DNA of 20,098 nucleotides from a virus (Duplodnaviria; Heunggongvirae; Uroviricota; Caudoviricetes): IMG/VR virus record IMGVR_UViG_2534681674_000022, positions 1 to 20,098 of that record; one strand, 5' to 3'. Shown piece by piece: positions 17,518 to 20,098 of this stretch (position 1 is its first letter; each line of letters starts with the position of its first letter). The notes under the pieces were generated by a model. It saw only the letters and a program-made list of their open reading frames with translations, ran no database searches and was not told where the DNA came from. The position numbers and the translations under genes were made by a program.

Positions 17518-19731
17518 ATGGTTCATAAATCTGACAGTGATGAATTAGCTGCATTGAGGGCAGAAAATGCCCGTCTGGTCTCATTACTTGAAGCTCATGG
17601 GATTGAATGGCGACGTAAACCGCAGACTCCTGTGCAGCGCGTTTCTGTATTATCCACCGACGAGAAGGTTGCATTATTTCGTCGGTTGTTTCGTGGGCGT
17701 GATGATGTATGGGCACTTAGATGGGAAAGTAAAACCAGCGGCAAATCAGGGTACTCTCCTGCCTGCGCTAACGAATGGCAGGCGAGAATATGCGGTAAAC
17801 CCCGGATAAAATGTGGGGACTGCGCTCACCGTCAGTTGATTCCTGTATCCGATCTCGTCATCTACCACCATCTGGCCGGTACCCATACTGTCGGGATGTA
17901 TCCGTTGCTGGAAGATGATTCCTGTTATTTTCTGGCAGTTGATTTTGATGAAGCTGAATGGCAGAAGGATGCATCCGCATTCATGCGATCCTGTGATGAG
18001 CTGGGTGTACCTGCTGCGCTGGAAATATCCCGTTCACGTCAGGGGGCGCATGTCTGGATATTTTTTGCCTCACGAGTTTCGGCCCGCGAAGCTCGCCGTC
18101 TGGGGACTGCTATTATTAGCTATACGTGTAGTCGGACCCGACAGCTGCGATTGGGGTCTTATGACCGATTATTTCCTAATCAGGATACTATGCCAAAAGG
18201 GGGATTTGGTAATCTCATAGCGTTACCTCTGCAAAAAAGACCGCGTGAATTGGGGGGAAGCGTTTTTGTTGATATGAATCTCCAGCCTTATCCTGATCAG
18301 TGGGCTTTTCTTGTATCGGTGACCCCGATGAATGTGCAGGATATTGAACCGACGATATTACGGGCTACAGGGAGTATCCATCCTCTGGATGTGAATTTTA
18401 TCAACGAAGAAGACCTGGGTACGCCGTGGGAAGAGAAAAAATCATCAGGAAACAGACTGAATATTTCTATTGCAGAACCGCTGAAAATCACGCTGGCAAA
18501 CCAGATCTATTTCGAAAAAGCGCAATTACCTCAGGTGCTGATTAACCGACTTATTCGGCTGGCAGCATTTCCGAACCCTGAGTTTTATAAGGCTCAGGCA
18601 ATGCGTATGTCAGTCTGGAATAAGCCCCGTGTTATAGGTTGTGCGGAGAATTACCCGCAACACATTGCGTTGCCCCGGGGATGTCTGGACAGCGTATTAT
18701 CTTTCCTTAGGGACAACAATATTGCTGCAGAATTAATCGATAAACGATTTGCCGGGACGGAATGTAATGCCGTTTTTATGGGAAACCTCAGAGCGGAGCA
18801 GGAAGAGGCCGTTTCGGCATTACTCCGTTATGACACTGGTGTGCTTTGTGCGCCAACGGCTTTTGGTAAGACAGTTACCGCAGCGGCAGTGATTGCCAAG
18901 CGGAAAGTGAATACACTGATACTGGTACACCGGACTGAATTGCTGAAGCAGTGGCAGGAGCGTCTCGCGGTGTTTCTGCAGGCCGGTGACAGTATTGGTA
19001 TTATCGGGGGAGGTAAACATAAACCCTGTGGCAATATTGATATTGCGGTGGTGCAGTCCATATCCAGACAAGGAGAAGTTGAACCTCTGGTCAGGAATTA
19101 TGGGCAAATCATTGTGGATGAGTGCCATCATATTGGCGCGGTTTCATTTTCTGCGATTCTGAAGGAAACGAATGCCAGATATCTGCTTGGCCTGACGGCA
19201 ACACCAATCCGACGGGATGGTCTGCATCCCATTATTTTTATGTACTGTGGTGCCATTCGCCATACAGCGGTCCGCCCGAAGGAAAGCCCACATAATCTGG
19301 AGGTACTGATCCGTTCCCGTTTTACATCTGGTCATTTACCATCGGATGCGAGAATCCAGGATATTTTCAGAGAAATTGCTCTGGATCATGACAGAACGGT
19401 GGCGATAGCTGAAGAAGCCATGAAAGCTTTCGGGCAGGGGCGAAAAGTTCTGGTACTGACTGAACGTACAGATCATCTGGATGAGATAGCATCAGTGATG
19501 AATTCACTGAAATTGTCTCCCTTTATTCTCCATGGTCGACTATCGAAAAAAAAGCGTGCGATGCTGATATCCGGGCTGAATGCTCTTCCTCCCGATTCTC
19601 CTCGAATTTTGTTGTCAACAGGCAGACTTATTGGTGAGGGATTTGACCACCCTCCGCTGGATACGCTGATTCTTGCCATGCCTGTGTCATGGAAAGGGAC
19701 ATTGAACCGCCCCGGGAATCCTGGAGACTAA
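17518..19731 (+). CDS. Large multidomain protein: coiled-coil, Cys-rich region, PrimPol/AEP-like domain and SF2 DEAH-box helicase; 3' end cut by IS629
   Basis: Helicase motifs APTAFGKT (I), DECHH (II), LTATP (III) and [11 protein letters not shown] (V); motif VI is missing because the frame enters IS629 at 19703. N-terminal FLAVDFDE and GAHVWIFF resemble primase-polymerase motifs I and II. Start taken at the ATG at 17518 (track uses GTG at 17494). Confidence 0.6.
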   Translation: MVHKSDSDELAALRAENARLVSLLEAHGIEWRRKPQTPVQRVSVLSTDEKVALFRRLFRGRDDVWALRWESKTSGKSGYSPACANEWQARICGKPRIKCGDCAHRQLIPVSDLVIYHHLAGTHTVGMYPLLEDDSCYFLAVDFDEAEWQKDASAFMRSCDELGVPAALEISRSRQGAHVWIFFASRVSAREARRLGTAIISYTCSRTRQLRLGSYDRLFPNQDTMPKGGFGNLIALPLQKRPRELGGSVFVDMNLQPYPDQWAFLVSVTPMNVQDIEPTILRATGSIHPLDVNFINEEDLGTPWEEKKSSGNRLNISIAEPLKITLANQIYFEKAQLPQVLINRLIRLAAFPNPEFYKAQAMRMSVWNKPRVIGCAENYPQHIALPRGCLDSVLSFLRDNNIAAELIDKRFAGTECNAVFMGNLRAEQEEAVSALLRYDTGVLCAPTAFGKTVTAAAVIAKRKVNTLILVHRTELLKQWQERLAVFLQAGDSIGIIGGGKHKPCGNIDIAVVQSISRQGEVEPLVRNYGQIIVDECHHIGAVSFSAILKETNARYLLGLTATPIRRDGLHPIIFMYCGAIRHTAVRPKESPHNLEVLIRSRFTSGHLPSDARIQDIFREIALDHDRTVAIAEEAMKAFGQGRKVLVLTERTDHLDEIASVMNSLKLSPFILHGRLSKKKRAMLISGLNALPPDSPRILLSTGRLIGEGFDHPPLDTLILAMPVSWKGTLNRPGNPGD

Positions 19732-20098
19732 ACTCCCTGAGAAAGAGGTAAACAGGATGACTAAAAATACTCGTTTTTCCCCCGAGGTCCGTCAACGGGC
19801 AGTTCGTATGGTTCTGGAAAGTCAGGGCGAATATGACTCACAATGGGCGGCAATTTGTTCCATTGCCCCAAAGATTGGCTGTACACCAGAGACTCTGCGT
19901 GTGTGGGTTCGTCAGCATGAGCGGGATACCGGGAGTGGTGATGGTGGACTCACCACCGCTGAACGTCAGCGTCTGAAAGAGCTGGAACGTGAAAATCGTG
20001 AACTGCGCCGCAGTAACGATATCCTTCGCCAGGCTTCCGCTTATTTTGCGAAGGCGGAGTTCGACCGCCTCTGGAAAAATAATGCCGCTGCTGGATAA
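19703..20098 (+). mobile_element. IS629-like element, copy 4 (3' part beyond window end)
   Basis: Left end TGAACCGCCCCGGGAATCC at 19703, inserted inside the helicase gene. Confidence 0.9.
19757..20098 (+). CDS. IS629 OrfA variant, extended by 6 codons because of a 1-bp deletion in the A-run at the OrfA/OrfB junction
   Basis: CTGGAAAAATAATG (5 A) here versus CTGGAAAAAATAATG (6 A) in copies 1-3; the ORF ends [13 protein letters not shown] instead of LWKK-stop. Confidence 0.8.
   Translation: MTKNTRFSPEVRQRAVRMVLESQGEYDSQWAAICSIAPKIGCTPETLRVWVRQHERDTGSGDGGLTTAERQRLKELERENRELRRSNDILRQASAYFAKAEFDRLWKNNAAAG

Noticed and set aside
17567-19679. Multiple short ORFs in alternative frames or antisense within the helicase gene
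   Set aside because: Nested within a long ORF carrying unmistakable helicase motifs.
1-20098. CRISPR arrays or other regularly spaced direct repeats
   Set aside because: None seen; the only large repeats are the four IS629 copies.

Overview
Accessory, mobile-DNA-rich window, most consistent with a pathogenic E. coli/Shigella-type prophage or integrative-element region colonised by an IS3-family element that I recognise from memory as IS629. There are four copies: 1-1229 (partial), 2576-3884, 9578-10887 (inverted) and 19703-end (partial). They bracket three cargo blocks. Block 1 (1230-2575): a ribbon-helix-helix protein and a PerC-like regulator. Block 2 (3885-9577, genes on the minus strand): an AppY/YdeO-like AraC regulator, three phage-type tRNAs (Ile-CAU, Arg-UCG, Arg-UCU), a TerB-like protein translationally coupled to a small membrane protein, and a frameshifted nanS-p-type sialate O-acetylesterase; no stx genes are present. 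Block 3 (10888-19702): two orphan genes (198 aa and 568 aa, the latter in a low-GC island), then a CP4-57/P4-like module of AlpA, a DUF3987/YfjI-like protein, an AT-rich iteron-like region, an inovirus-Gp2-type HUH Rep, and a large PrimPol-like + SF2 DEAH helicase protein whose 3' end is cut by IS629. The best candidates for an undescribed system are the orphan 568-aa/198-aa pair and the HUH-Rep + PrimPol-helicase pair. All functional calls come from motif-level reading of the translations and remembered family signatures; no database search was run.
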